Made by a program: the position numbers and the translations under genes. Positions 13,572-26,742 of a stretch of DNA of 64,000 nucleotides are shown one piece after another. Each line of letters starts with the position of its first letter. Position 1 is the stretch's first letter. The DNA is from Podarcis filfolensis (lineage: Eukaryota), in NCBI GenBank assembly GCA_964270895.1, contig OZ185441.1, one strand, 5' to 3'. Under the pieces are notes generated by a model. It was not told the origin of the DNA, did no database searches, and was given only the letters and a program-made list of their open reading frames with translations.

Positions 13572-15952
13572 GCTACTTACACCATGGCCTGTGTATCAGA
13601 GCAGCATCTTTACCATGTAGGGGCAAGGAAGAAGGATCGAAGCAGGGGATGGATGAAAAGCCCTATGAAAAAATAACCATCATTCTGTTTTCCTGTGGTG
13701 TAACTCATCTGCAGTAGTTGAATGCATTACTGTGCATGGTTACTCCCAGGTAAGGATGTACAGGACTGTATTCTCAACCACTGCAGATGAATTGAACCCA
13801 ATAGGACTTACTTCTTTTGAGTGGACATGTAAACTGGGATTCATTGCTAGACTCTTACAGATTGTTCCTCCCTTTTTAACTAAAGAACAAACAGGCCCAT
13901 AGGAACCTCTGAAACACCAGCTTTTGAGGATTAGGTTCCTTGGAGATGTTATTTGAGATATAACATGTTTTTTTCGAATTTTGACCCTCTCGATGTCTTC
14001 GTTGCTGATGAATGTTCCTTTCATTATGTATAAAGTGCATAATAATACGCAACCAACAGTGCTTGAAATGATCATGCATACAACAACACAAGCTGTAATG
14101 AAATCCTCAAAAATGGCAGGCAGGAGGGGTTAACTTGGTTATTTTCAATTCAATTGTGTTGCCCAAGGACAGGACTTAACTGCAAGTGACTCATTTTAAT
14201 TATTCCATCACACGAGAAATCATCTGCTGCTGTCAGAAACATATGTCTTCCATGTCAGAGTTATATATAGATTCAAATAACAAACTTATTAACAGAGAAA
14301 ACAAGAAAGTAATTGTAATTGATGTCCATATTGCAAACATATCTTCTCGTTTTAATTAATTAATTAATACATGCATCTCTCTGTGTGCGTATTCAAATCT
14401 TCATTTTATCCTACTCCGTATCCACTAATGCTTCTCATAGGTTAAATGCCTTTGAAAATTACTGTCCTTAAAAAAATATTTTATAGCACTTAACTTGGTA
14501 ATTGAAGGATTGTTTGTTTACTTACTTATATCTCACTTAATGCCAAAATAGGATTCGAAGCAGCTTACCAGTATAAGAACCAATTACATAAACATTAGAC
14601 AATAAATATCCAAATTAAAAACCTAATAAAACTATCCCATTAAATAATTTTTATTAATTTACATCAAAAAAAAACTATCCCATTAAAACATCAAAATTTG
14701 TATTTAACTCAAGCAAAAAAACCCTGTATCATTAAAACTTGCAGGTAATGTATAGGGATCATATTTTCCTGTTTCATGAAACAGCTTCTGGGATGTGTGC
14801 TAAACACATTGGGTAGGCAATATGTCTGACTCTGGCTATTCCCAAGTTATAAGATGCCTGATTTCAAGCATTTTATTTTTGCCTTCCTATAGAGCATCAA
14901 AATATTGGCAGGAAGGCAACAGGGATGCAAGGTGTCCTTAAATGCCTTTGTCTGAAACATCTGAAATTGTTTTAAGGCACAATCTTATACATGTCTATTC
15001 AAAAGTAAGTCTCATTGAGTTCAACAGAGCTTCCTCCAAGGTAAATGAGTATAGAATTATAGCCTTGGTGTCTTAAATTTTTTCCAAAGAAACAACAACA
15101 AACATGAAAGAAAATCTTAAATGGGGCCTTGATGAAATTATTGCTTTGGTCTGACATTTACAATTGCTTTCCTAGAACCTTCTACAGTTCAGCCAAAACA
15201 AGTGAAGGGGTTGCTACAGTTCTTTCCCTCTTGAACTAATGTTGGCATCAGGTTCAGCAGAAATACTTGGGCAACATCATCAAATAGTTCTGGGGGCCTT
15301 ACAAAAATAAGCAGCTTTCACAGGCATAAACAGCAGAAGGTGTGGATGATATCCAAGTAAGTCATATTCAGAAGAAAAAACAGACCAATTGAAATCAATG
15401 GACTATTGGTTTATTGATTTCAGTGGGTCTACCCTGAGGATGACTTACATGGATACAACCCTATAACAATGGATGGTATCAAAATCAGGCAAGGTACAGT
15501 AAGCAGATGTGAAGGTTGGCTGCCGTCATATTAGCCATGGCAGAAAAGACAAAAGAAAAATCTTACCCAGGCTGGTCTTTTGTAGAGTTATGATACTGCG
15601 CTTGGCCTCAACCCAATGCTGCCTTGATGCTGCTTGATTGGTATTAAGATTTAGAGAAAGCATTGCCAATTACCCTGATTACACTCTTCTCTTTCCTAAT
15701 CTCATCTCTTTAATCCAGCTCCATTCTTAGTGGGCGAGTCTTGCCTCCAAAGCCCAATTACAAATTGTCAGGAAAAAAGAAAGCATCAGCCAGAAGCAGA
15801 GGAACTTCAGCATGGCTTTATTTTATTCATGACATTTATATCCCAGCTTTCTTTCATTATTATTTCCAGGAGGTTTCTCATCCAGGTGACCAGACCCAGA
15901 CACTCTCTGCACCAGCAGGGGTGCTATATCATTTGCTTGGGCAGCTAGGAAA

Positions 15953-16089
15953 NNNNNNNNNNNNNNNNNNNNNNNNNNNNNNNNNNNNNNNNNNNNNNNN
16001 NNNNNNNNNNNNNNNNNNNNNNNNNNNNNNNNNNNNNNNNNNNNNNNNNNNNNNNNNNNNNNNNNNNNNNNNNNNNNNNNNNNNNNNNN
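15953..16089. other. Assembly gap (137 N)
   Basis: Run of N. Confidence 0.99.
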
Positions 16090-16854
16090 TACAGATATAG
16101 ACCATCTTAAAACATCCATATACAAAAAATTAAAATATATACAAAGAAACAGCCATATAAGATATATAGTAACAGAAATTTTCATTAGAGTGTCTTCCTG
16201 CTAAACCATGCCATTCACCACTCTAAGAGATACTATTGACAGGAACTCAGCTACCCTTGCAGTTATCTCCAGGTTAATATCAGATAGGTAGAATCTGAAA
16301 TTTTCATTGTACCATGATGTTAAACTACCCAAAAAAGGGGATAACACGTGTTTGAGTAGCTGGTTGTACAGTGGACAGTAGAAAAAGACTATGTTCTACA
16401 GTGTCTGGCACATTCAAATAACATCCAGAATGTCTATCATTTAACTTTATCATAGTAAAGTTACCGTAATTCTGCAAATAGGGAATGGAAGCTGAGTTCT
16501 AGCAGTTTGCACACTATGACTTGATACAACACAATCATTTATAGCTTTCACAGACACAAAGGTGTTTAAAATGGGTGTGGAATAATCAAAGAAAGAAGGC
16601 TGCCATTTAACTACCCTTCTAAAGAAAAGAATATTAATATGCAGTCAGTCTTGTTCTAAGCTGTAAATTGCTATAAGAGCTTGATTAAATTTAATGTAAA
16701 ACTTTCATTTGGAAGAAAAAACTCTGAATGAAGTGGCTATCAGAACACACAGAGAAAATTGTCCTTAGTAATGGGTAACATTTGAAAAACCTGCTGAGCA
16801 CTTGAACCCCAACAGTCTTTCTGATATACTCTTACATTTATAATTTATTCTAAC

Positions 16855-17005
16855 ACTGGGGAGACCGAGGCTCAGATCCCCATTCAATCAGGAATCTCAC
16901 TGGGTGAATGTGAGCCATTCACTATTCATCCAGGTTAACCCAGCTCACAAGGCTGTTGTGAGGATAAAATGGGTGGATGGAAACCATGTAGACTGCTTTT
17001 GTGCA
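16855..17005 (+). mobile_element. tRNA-derived squamate SINE copy
   Basis: Reverse-complement similarity to 7555-7706 (ctcacaaggctgttgtgaggataaaatgg core). Confidence 0.55.
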
Positions 17006-18038
17006 GACTTCTAAGTGCCCTCTGTTAGTATCATGGACACTGGTGGCACTGTTCCAGCTTTGCTTTCCGATGCTCCTGAATATAATTAAGTGAAAGGGCA
17101 TTTTTGCAAGCCATATTCTTCTAAGAAGTATTTTTATATGCAACAGATCATTTCTTTATGTTGTTAATGCAATACAGAAAGCCACTTTTAAATCAAATGT
17201 ACATTGTTCTGATCGATGTAGCCCTTTTATGTGTTTACAACTGTGGGAAATTCAGATACTCCTATTAGCATCACTTGTCCACAGTGGTTAAGGGCTTTAA
17301 GACAGTGACTTTCAAATTATGTTCCAGGGAACACTGAGGTTTCTTTAAAAATCTCTTAGGCGTTCCTCAATGAGAAGATCAGCCATTGAAGAGAAGCTCC
17401 ACTTAACAATAGTTTTCCCATTGCTACCAATCTTCCTCTACAATGCACAATTCACAGGAGAGTTAGGTGTACTGGTCAAGGGGGACCTCTTTGTTGATGT
17501 GTTGTGACACAGTGAGGCACAACACACTTGGCTAGTAGTACCAGGCAATGGTGGACAAGGGTTCTGTGGTAGATGCACAAGTGTTAGCAGACAAAGCAAT
17601 GTGAAAAAGATTCATTGAATCTTATAAAAAGCTCTAATGAAACTTATGAAAGCTCTACGTTTGTCTCACTTGGTCTGACACCAAACAGATGCCACCAGCC
17701 AAACCTAGACATTAGCTAATGGGTTTTTGGAAACCATTCTGTTCTGCCATGTTCTATAGGCCATGGAAATAACTGTGAACCATGGTAATTCAAAATGGCA
17801 GCACCTGACATTTCCACATGGGTTAACGTAACAGTCGCAAAAGACAGAGTTGCAATAATTCTTCTCTTCATACCATTTTGACAAGTACACCATAAAAGAG
17901 GCTTGAAAATCACCATGCAACTATTAGTGAAGTGCCATAAGCATATAAGGAGGACTAGATGTGCAGAATGATAAAGCAGGAAGGCACATACTTTAACAAT
18001 TACTCAAAGTCTTCCAGGAAGCAAGTGAATCACAGTGC

Positions 18039-18064
18039 GTGCGTGTGTGTGTGTGTGTGTGTGT
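18039..18064. repeat. (GT)n microsatellite
   Basis: Seen directly. Confidence 0.9.
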
Positions 18065-18902
18065 AATTGCCATTATGAAATCAGGTCACTGCAAGCTTTT
18101 TTGGGTCAGACATAAATTATCAGCTAATACAAGGTTTTGAAATTACCTGGATTGTTCTTCCATATCTGGCCAGGATGACTCTATCCTAAAACCCCACAAC
18201 AGATTACATAAATTATCAACTGGTTGCTAAATTGTTGGCAGATTATGACCCCCCCCTCCAAAAAATCCATAATTTCATCACTTAGGAAGTAGCCTACATC
18301 AGTAGTAAAGGCTCCCTGGTGCAGTACTTCCAGCTGCAATATGTGAAGGACTACAGGTTGCAGCAACAGTGGCATGATGGGACTACACAGACAGCACAGT
18401 GATGGCTGTTTGCTTCTAAATAAAACAGCAACTTAGGAAGGGCCCATTCTGAGTACAGAAGCCTGGTAGCAGAAGGTCAGTGTCTAACTTTCTCTATTGC
18501 CAGTTTTCCTGCTTCTATCTCCCCCATCCCAGGCAGTCTTCCAAAGGTAGATAGGCACACGCTAGAAACAATATAGGGAGAAAAGCTGCTGGAAGTAGGG
18601 TGGAGGCCACTTGGAGTGGGGAAAGGGCTGGTGGGGAAAAGGTTAATCCCCCTCTCCCCCATACAAGATCTATTTTCAAAATGGGCCCCTGGCAGGGACT
18701 GGCAGGGCTCTAAAGTGTGTGTGGTGGAGGCAAGGGGTCAGGGAACCAACCCAGGAGAGGAGGGCAGTGATTTATGGGGTTTGGCACTACCTGCAAGGCA
18801 GGAACCAAAGCAGGGGGAGGAGGAAGAGTCTGGGCAGTGTAAGATGGAGGGAGGCACACAGGATGTGGCAGAGAAAGAAGGGACTGTGCAGGTGAGGGAC
18901 GG

Positions 18903-19357
18903 ACCAGTACACCTTTGGTAAAAAGGCTGTTCTCCAGTTGGAGCGCTCGCTGGCCAGTGTTTCCCAGTTATCAGTGCTTATACAGTCATACCTCAGAAGT
19001 CGAATGGAATCTGTTCCAGAAATCTGTTTGACTTCCAAAACATTTGGAAACCAAGGCGTGGCTTCTGGTTGGCTGCAGGAAGGTCCTGCAGCCATTCAAA
19101 ACCCACAGAACGCGTGTCGGACATTCGGGTTCCAAAGTACGTTTGCAAACCAGAACACTCACTTCTGGGTTTGTGGCGTTCGGGAGCCAAAACATTCAAA
19201 ATGCAAGGCATTTGACTTCTGAGGTACGACTGTACTACAGTTTTTAAAAGATTTGCTTAGAGAGCCTCTTTTGTTGCTCATCAGTATTTCACTTTCCATT
19301 CTTAAGATGGGAATAGAGTAGTTGCTTTGGAAGACGATATTCAGGCATCCGAACAAC
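18903..19357 (-). mobile_element. RTE LINE 3' ORF fragment interrupted by a MITE
   Basis: Minus peptide VVRMPEYRLPKQLLYSHLKNGK...KNCS|ISTDNWETLASERSNWRTAF is typical of an RTE ORF C-terminus. Confidence 0.75.
18983..19232. mobile_element. Tc1/mariner-pogo (Tigger-like) MITE, 250 bp
   Basis: 24-bp TIR CAGTC(A/G)TACCTCAGAAGTC(G/A)AATG with 2 mismatches; TA on both sides. Confidence 0.9.
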
Positions 19358-19399
19358 AACTCCCCACCATACCCCACCCCACTGTCTCCTAAAAGCATG

Positions 19400-19403
<4 letters not shown>

Positions 19404-19443
<40 letters not shown>
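19404..19443. repeat. (AT)20 microsatellite
   Basis: Seen directly. Confidence 0.98.
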
Positions 19444-19447
<4 letters not shown>

Positions 19448-19971
19448 AACACAATAAAAGTGGTAAGTGTAACCAATACAAATGCATGCAGAAATACAAC
19501 GAGGAGGAAAACTTGAAAGCAATTGAGAATACAATACAGCATTCAACTATCACATTATTATTTTAAAAAAGTGTGAGTCAGTTCAGTTCTCAGTAAAGCC
19601 TTTCCACATGTTTATCTGTGGAACAGGGGATTAGTGGGCTGTTTGACGAGTTAGCATAAGAGGAAAACTTATACCACTTATACCATGAGGATCTGTTTTT
19701 AATGAAGCATTAAGAACTCTCTGTTTATATGTCTGATGTTCTGACAGCGCAGTGTCCACAGCTTGTTTTCACCTGGAACTCACTGGAACTTGGTTCTGGC
19801 ACCTCTCAAATGGGCCCCATTACCATTATAAGAGAACAAAGGAGGTGTTCATGGTTAGTTCCTGCATCTCTTTTTCTAGAAAAATAGCACTGGCAGTATC
19901 CCATACTTTTGCTAGCCACTTCTCTCAGGAAGGAGTTGATTTGGATTTCCCGTGGGAGGCGGCTGCTGCTG

Positions 19972-19999
19972 CTTCTTCTTCTTCTTCTTCTTCTTCTTC
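19972..19999. repeat. (CTT)9 repeat preceded by (GCT)n
   Basis: Seen directly. Confidence 0.95.
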
Positions 20000-20583
20000 A
20001 TGCTTTACTTACGAGGGGCTTTAAGAGGGAAGAGTAGCAACAGTATCCGTTTCAGTGGAGCCTCAGGTTGTGTGCATGTGCCCCGTAAGATGAGGGCACA
20101 TAAGCTCCAGGTGGGGAGCATGATTCCCCTGCTGCTACAACAGCTCTGCAAGGCACAGACCTACGGACAGCTGCCTAGAGGCTAGAAGTGTGTGTGTTTG
20201 TGTGTGTGTATCCACATCACCATGGAAGCCGCTACGTGTACTTTTGTCAATAAATAATTAGCTATCGGATGTATGCCTTCCTTGGCTGAGGGGTGCCCAG
20301 AACAGCCCCTCAAAAATATGCTTTTCATCAGAAAAAACTGCCATGAGGACCACATTCTTTTCTGGATAATGTGCAGTTTGCTCCCAGATAGAATCAGATA
20401 AACCATCTCCGAGACGAAACATTCCCTTTTCATCACAAGTATAAACTATGCCCATTCTTCAACAATCTGAGCTGCATGCTACTTGTTAGTCTCAATTTCA
20501 TTTTAAAATAACTGGTGTGCTACGAAGTATGAATAGTTCACAGTTTAAATAATCTCTCTCTCTATTAGATTGGGGGATTTATA

Positions 20584-20674
20584 GTGCAATCCTGCTATAC
20601 GTGTCTTCTCAAAAGCTAGTCTCTTTTAGTTCAACTGGGGTTACTCCCAGGTAACTGTGTACAGGATTGCTGCC
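20584..20674. mobile_element. Short fold-back MITE (gcaatcct...aggattgc family)
   Basis: Terminal inverted gcaatcctg / caggattgc; related copy at about 14977-15064. Confidence 0.55.
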
Positions 20675-22357
20675 TTATTCTCTTGATAAATGGACTCCAC
20701 TGTTTCTAGATAACATGAAGACGGGTCACGTGCATTTCCAATCAGCAGAAATATATCACTAATTAAGGTGGAATCTGCAGGATCAAGAGAGAGTCATGTT
20801 GGGAGAGGTAAAACATAGCTAACTTTATTTTCCTTGTTGCAACCTCTAACTTCTCTAGTGCCACCTACTGGCCCTTGTGTTTTTACATCTAAAGCCACAA
20901 CATCAATCAACCCTGCAGAGTCCCAGGCAGGAGTGCCAACTTGAATAAAATATTGTGGGGGCCCAGGTAAGCCTCTCCCCACATAATCGATCACATGACA
21001 CAATGCACACATACCATTTGAATGGGAATGCCCATCAACTTTGTGAGGGCCCGGCCACCACAAATATTTTATTATGGGGCCCAAAGCCCCCATGGCACTC
21101 CTATGGCCCCAGGGAGGGAGGGGCAGAAACACAAACCTTCTCCCTTGTGTCGGGGGCCAGTATGCAATGAATGCTTGTTTTACTTTGCTACAAAATTCAC
21201 TAACCTCCTCTCATTTAGTGTGTATGTGTAATCTATCTCTTTCTTCAAAATTCAAACTATTTGGAGCAGATTCAGAGGCAACTAAACGAAACAAGCTCAT
21301 TTACATTATACAAAATTCTACAATCTTACATCGACTTACCTGAAAGTAATCCCCTTTGCACTCAAGGACAGGTACCTCTAATAAGTTGTGTGCAGTGTGG
21401 TGCTGTTTGGGGATTTTGCAGAAAGCTAATTGAACACAAGTTTATATGACTCTGGAAGCAAATTCACACAGGCAAGCAGTTTCCACACTTTCCCTACCAA
21501 AGGTCCCAAGTACAGTGATTGGTGGAGGCATGTTTTATATGAAATAGTCCTTCACACAGACATCCCTGCTTTGATTTCTAGGACTGCTGTGATGAGGTTG
21601 CCCATTTGCGCATCACCAGAGAAAAAAATGGTTATTTTAATTTTTAGGTACAGGTGCAAATTTAAAAACAATTAGTAGGGTTTTCTATTTAAAAAATGCA
21701 ATACAGCTGTGGACACACTATACATTTAAAGCATTTCCCCCAAAGAACCTTGGGAACTGTAGTTTGTAAGTACTGGCACATTTTTTTTCTAGGAAAAAAA
21801 AGCACTGCGTATAGTAATTGTCAATCTATATTACATCCCTTGGTGGCTAGATCTGTGAGGGCACCTCATGACAGCAGGATGTAACTATAATAAATAGCTT
21901 AGGAGATGTGTGTTTGATTGGGGCTTATTACAAATCAACAGTTAACCCCTAAGGTGTCCTAACAGTGTGTATCTTGTAATTAGCAGTTTCTTTTTCTTCT
22001 TATTTCATTGCAAATTAAAATAATATACCCATGAGACATTTGTGGATTTATTTTTTTTAATGTTCTGGCTTTCTGGATGCTGTAATGTAAGCTAAATCAC
22101 AGCATTAAAACAGATGTAGTTGCTATTTTTAAGTAAAGTCATGTAAATGCCCATGCATTTGCTCCCTATTTATGTGCAAGTAAAATCAGAGAGACCTACG
22201 TTTCTATAAGGAGATCTGACTACTAGTATTGCTATGCAAAGAAATGTTAGGACTGATTCTTGCACCATAGTCTACACGGAGCAAGTTTGAGTGTGTAATA
22301 TGCAACCAATGAGACAAAGTTCTGGGCTCCTTATTCAATCTTTTATGTAAGTAAAAA

Positions 22358-22410
22358 ATTGAAGAAGAAGGAGGAGGAGGGGGAGGAGGAGGAGAGGGAG
22401 GAGGAGAAGA
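22358..22410. repeat. (GAA)/(GAG)n purine-rich low-complexity repeat
   Basis: Seen directly; source of the poly-Pro ORF. Confidence 0.9.
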
Positions 22411-25400
22411 AATTATGCAATTTGTACAGAGTTTGCCATTGTGAACTACTAGACACACCCTTGTAACTTGTGATCATTATTTATAGCTAGCAGCAAACAT
22501 AGAAACATAGGTTCTGAGATTCTACATGCATGACCAGAAATCACTAGGTCGTGTTTTCCATAAAATACCAGAATGTTACTCTTGATTTTAGCCTAATATC
22601 ACAATGCCAACTCTCTTTAATCAAGTTATGTTATTTTCATGCTCGGATTTGTACTTTCTGTTCAGCAGTCAACTGCTCCTCATGTAGCAATGCATGTAGT
22701 ATTATTGTCAGGGACTGGAAGGAAACTGATGAATGTGCACCAAGAAAGGGGGCTGAAGTCTGACTCAAGAGAGGGGGAAATGGTTTGTGGGGACTTGTAC
22801 CAGCCAGGAGGCAAGAATCAGAGGCAGAAAAGCTTCAGAGCTGGAGGAAGAGGCAGGCAGGCAAGTGAAGGGCCAGGTGCTTCCCCACCCTCTCTTGCGC
22901 TCCTGTCTCCCAAACCCAGGAGAGAATCAAAGCAGGAAGAGCAGAAGAAGCAGCTTCCACACTATTTGAACATACCTGCTGTTTGAAGGTTGTCCAGTCC
23001 AAACCATAATTTGGAATCTAGACAAGTAGAAAAACTAATCCCGATTCCAATGTAGTCATACCATTTGTGCAAGGACTTCAGCACGCACAATATGGAACTT
23101 CCCTTCCCTCTGATTTGCCCAATCTTTCCCTAATCCATTCTGAGTATTCTCCTAACCTACAGCATATTTGGGGAGGGAGCATGAGGAGTGGGAGGGCAGG
23201 TTCTGCCGCACAAACACAATGCCACTGCTGAATACAACCCTTCAGCTACATACTCTGTAAAGCCTGACCAGTATGTGTGTGAAGGCAGGAGGGAATATAG
23301 GAACATTACACTTGGCTAAATATAGCCTCAATTTGCCAGATTAATGTTGCTTTTACTTTTGACATAGCGTAGGTGTGTTTATTAGCTTTTATGCGTTCTG
23401 GGAAGTCCAATGGAATTAACACCAGCAGCAGACTGTTCAGACAGGCTAATGTGACAGGGCCCTCAGCAAAGAAGATATCAGCGCAATGGAAGCTGTTCCA
23501 CATCTGGCATTTGCTAGCTGAACTGAGACTAGGTGCACAAATGGAGAGACCCACACAGTAGAGGCCACTCAATTGCATCTCCCCAGTGGTTTAGTCTTTC
23601 ATCCTGTTTCAAGCCAAAGTTCCCCTTTAGTGCTGGATTCCATTTGCACACAGTGGCAAAAAGTTGTTTGTATGGCTTTGCGTTCTACCACCCCCTCTCA
23701 CACCATGGGCAGCCTAATCCAACGAAACCCCACTCTGCCAAAAGAAGCTGTAGCTCCTTTTAATGCTTAGCATATGCATTGCTTTGGCCCGTGAGATGGT
23801 TCAGTTCAGGCGCTTAAACCTGTATGTTTGTTGATATGCTCTGTAACATAACAGAGCTGGAAAGTGCGGGATCTTGCAGTATTAAGCCATAATAATAAAA
23901 GGAACGAGTTTGCCCTGAGCTGGGGTGGGGGGTGCCACACAATTGATTCCCTCCCTCGTAAAACATACAGTATTAATTTGGGGTAAATTGTGCATAAAAA
24001 TGCATGTATTAGTGAAATCATCATACAGAAGTACATAATATGAGAGAAAAATGGTTTGAAAAAATGTGGAGAATAGGCAAAATTGCATTAAAAATGTGTA
24101 TATATTCGGGGGGAGGGAATGCGCTAAGGTGCAATGAATTTTCATGGACATGAATTTACAAACTGATGTGACTATGTGGAGAACCAGACTTAAGACTGGA
24201 CACATGAGTAATTAAGAGAAACCAAAGTTGGCATGTTCTCCCATCGCTAGATGTAGATTGGGTCAGTTTACATTGAAATTTGCAATTGTCATTTCTCTAA
24301 TTTCCACATCCTGCTGTTTCCTAGAATTCCCTTCCACCCCACTGCTGCCTCATCACTACTTTTGCATAGTTCTCAGATGGACCTCTGGCTTTTATTAAGC
24401 CCTGTGCTAAGTGATCATAAACCATCAAGCAGATGTGAAACTCCAAAATCTCTACCCAGTAGTTCAAGTTTCCCCAGCAGCTACTTCAGCTTGCAGTGAA
24501 TGAGTGTGCAATGCAATTTCATGGCAAATCAGACTTAGCCCATATGTATTCATTTACTTATATGAACATTCAGAGGCATAGCATGGGAGGGGGGGCTGGA
24601 GGGACAATTGCCCTGGGTGCAGTTTAAGGGGAGGGTGTGGGGCGTCGTGAACTATTGCGCCCTTCTCAGCTGCCCTCCAGCTGGAGGGTGCCTGAGAAGG
24701 ACGCAACATCTTGTGGTGCCCTGTGAGTCCAGCACTGTTTTTGCAAGTCTTGCAAAGTGATACTGGGCTTGCAGGGCACTGTGAGTGCACCCCTCAAAGC
24801 TGGCTGGCCAGTGTGCAGGTGTTGCTCTGGCAGTGCACCCCAGCCCCATGGCGGGCTGAGTGCGCATACCCCAGTCAATGCCACTGTGAGCATCTTCAAT
24901 CCCACTCTCCTAGTGTCCATGGCACTCAGTGCAGCTCTTGCCAGAAGGGTGCAAATGAGGACAGGGCAGCACTCTTGCACACTTCTGTCCTTTCCCCATT
25001 AAAAAACAAAACAAAACAAAAACACTTCCTCTCCCTTTGGAAACAACAGGAAGGAATAAATTTACACCAGATCCCGGGCTGGTAAAAATTCCTCCTCAGG
25101 ATTGCACAGGCATTGGCTCCTTCAGATCCAAGCCTTCTTGTGCCTCTTTTCATCCTGCCAGTGTCAGAGCTCTGTTTTCTGTAGGGTCAGGGCTGCAGAA
25201 ATTGCCTCAAGGAGGTAAAACCTGACATAAGCTTCCTCTCTCCATGGTCAGAGCTTTCTTTCCAATCTTGGAGAAGATCTGATGTATCATGATACCCTCC
25301 CATAAAATCATAGCCGAAAATACAAGAAATACCACAATAAAAATGCATAAAATACAAAGGAGGGGATTTGGTGTCCTGAGAGTGTCCCTCCCCCACTCCT

Positions 25401-26702
25401 CCCCAACCTGTCCTTTCTCTTGCCCAGCCAAAGGTGTCAACCCTAGAGGAGGACATCTGCTTCTGATCTTAGGAAGCGGACAAGATGGTATGGGAGAACT
25501 CTTGGGTCTAAACCATTAAACACAGATTCCTCTCTTGGATCTTCCTTCTACCTAGATCTCTTTCTTAGGGGTTCCTTTTGTATAGCTTTAAACCCTATCT
25601 TTAGTTGTTATTTTTTACTGGTTTTAGCTGTTCTTATGGTATGTTTGTAAATGACCTTGTAAACGAGAATTCATAAATTAAATGAAAAGGGAATTAAGGG
25701 CTAGAAGTTATTGTATACAAAGCACCTTTAGCTTTTACAGTGTACAGTAATATTAGTCAGGCTGACAGTGTTCATTGGGCCTTGCTCCCCAGTAAGTGTA
25801 CATAGGAATGCAACCTTAGCCTCAGATTTTGAGTTGTAGGGGTTTTTTTTATAACCACCTGATAGACAACTCTGCAGCTGAGCATATTTTGTATAGAAAG
25901 GCTCACTGGACCGTGACATTTAGGGTCAAATATGTGGCATCTTGATCTATTTATTTTATGAGTTGCAGTGATGTGATCAGCGCTTTCATTCCATGCATTC
26001 AAGGCAAACAAATACTGTGTGTAAAATGGTTTGCATCATACAGATGGCTTGCTGAGTTATCTAACACTTGCAATTTCGAATTTGGCACTCAGAATAAAAC
26101 ACCAGAAAGCTTACAGAAGCGTGTCGGAATTATGACATTTCCACCTTTGAAGGACAATTGGGTTCTCGCAGAGGAATCTATGGGGTAGCAGAAGAGTTGT
26201 TTCCACGGAAATAATCTAATTTAGGTTATAACATGCATGTGGATCTTTTACAGCAGTTTCCCTTCTTGCTTCAACCCCAGGGGATTCCTTGGTTAAAAGG
26301 TTTGTTTCCCTCATTTCTCACTTTTGTTGTTTGTACGGTACTGGAAAGGAAAGAGGCAGCGGGAAGGGGAAACAGCTTTTATGTTTTGATCTGCAGGAAG
26401 CGTGAAAAGAGCGCACTGTCCACATTGGAAGGTTACAGTGGGGGCACTTTGACAGGAGGGGGCTTCCATTGTTACAGTCCCACTTGCTCTGTGAATTAAC
26501 ACCATCCTTGTGGCAAAATTAAACAGAGGCTTGGTTTACACCAGCTGACAGTGCAGCAAATATTCAGAGGTTTCTATATTGCTGTTTTACTGGTTCTAAG
26601 TTGAGGTTTTGGGTTTTTTAAAAAATGCTTCAATGATATAATGTGTTTTAAACTGTACACCACTTTGATACTTTTGAAATATTGAGTGGCATAAATGTGC
26701 TA

Positions 26703-26742
26703 TAAAATAAAATAATAAAATAAAATAAAATAAAAATAAATA
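26703..26742. repeat. (TAAAA)n repeat
   Basis: Seen directly. Confidence 0.85.

Noticed and set aside
15741-16185. ORFs containing X runs
   Set aside because: Artefacts of translating through the N gap.
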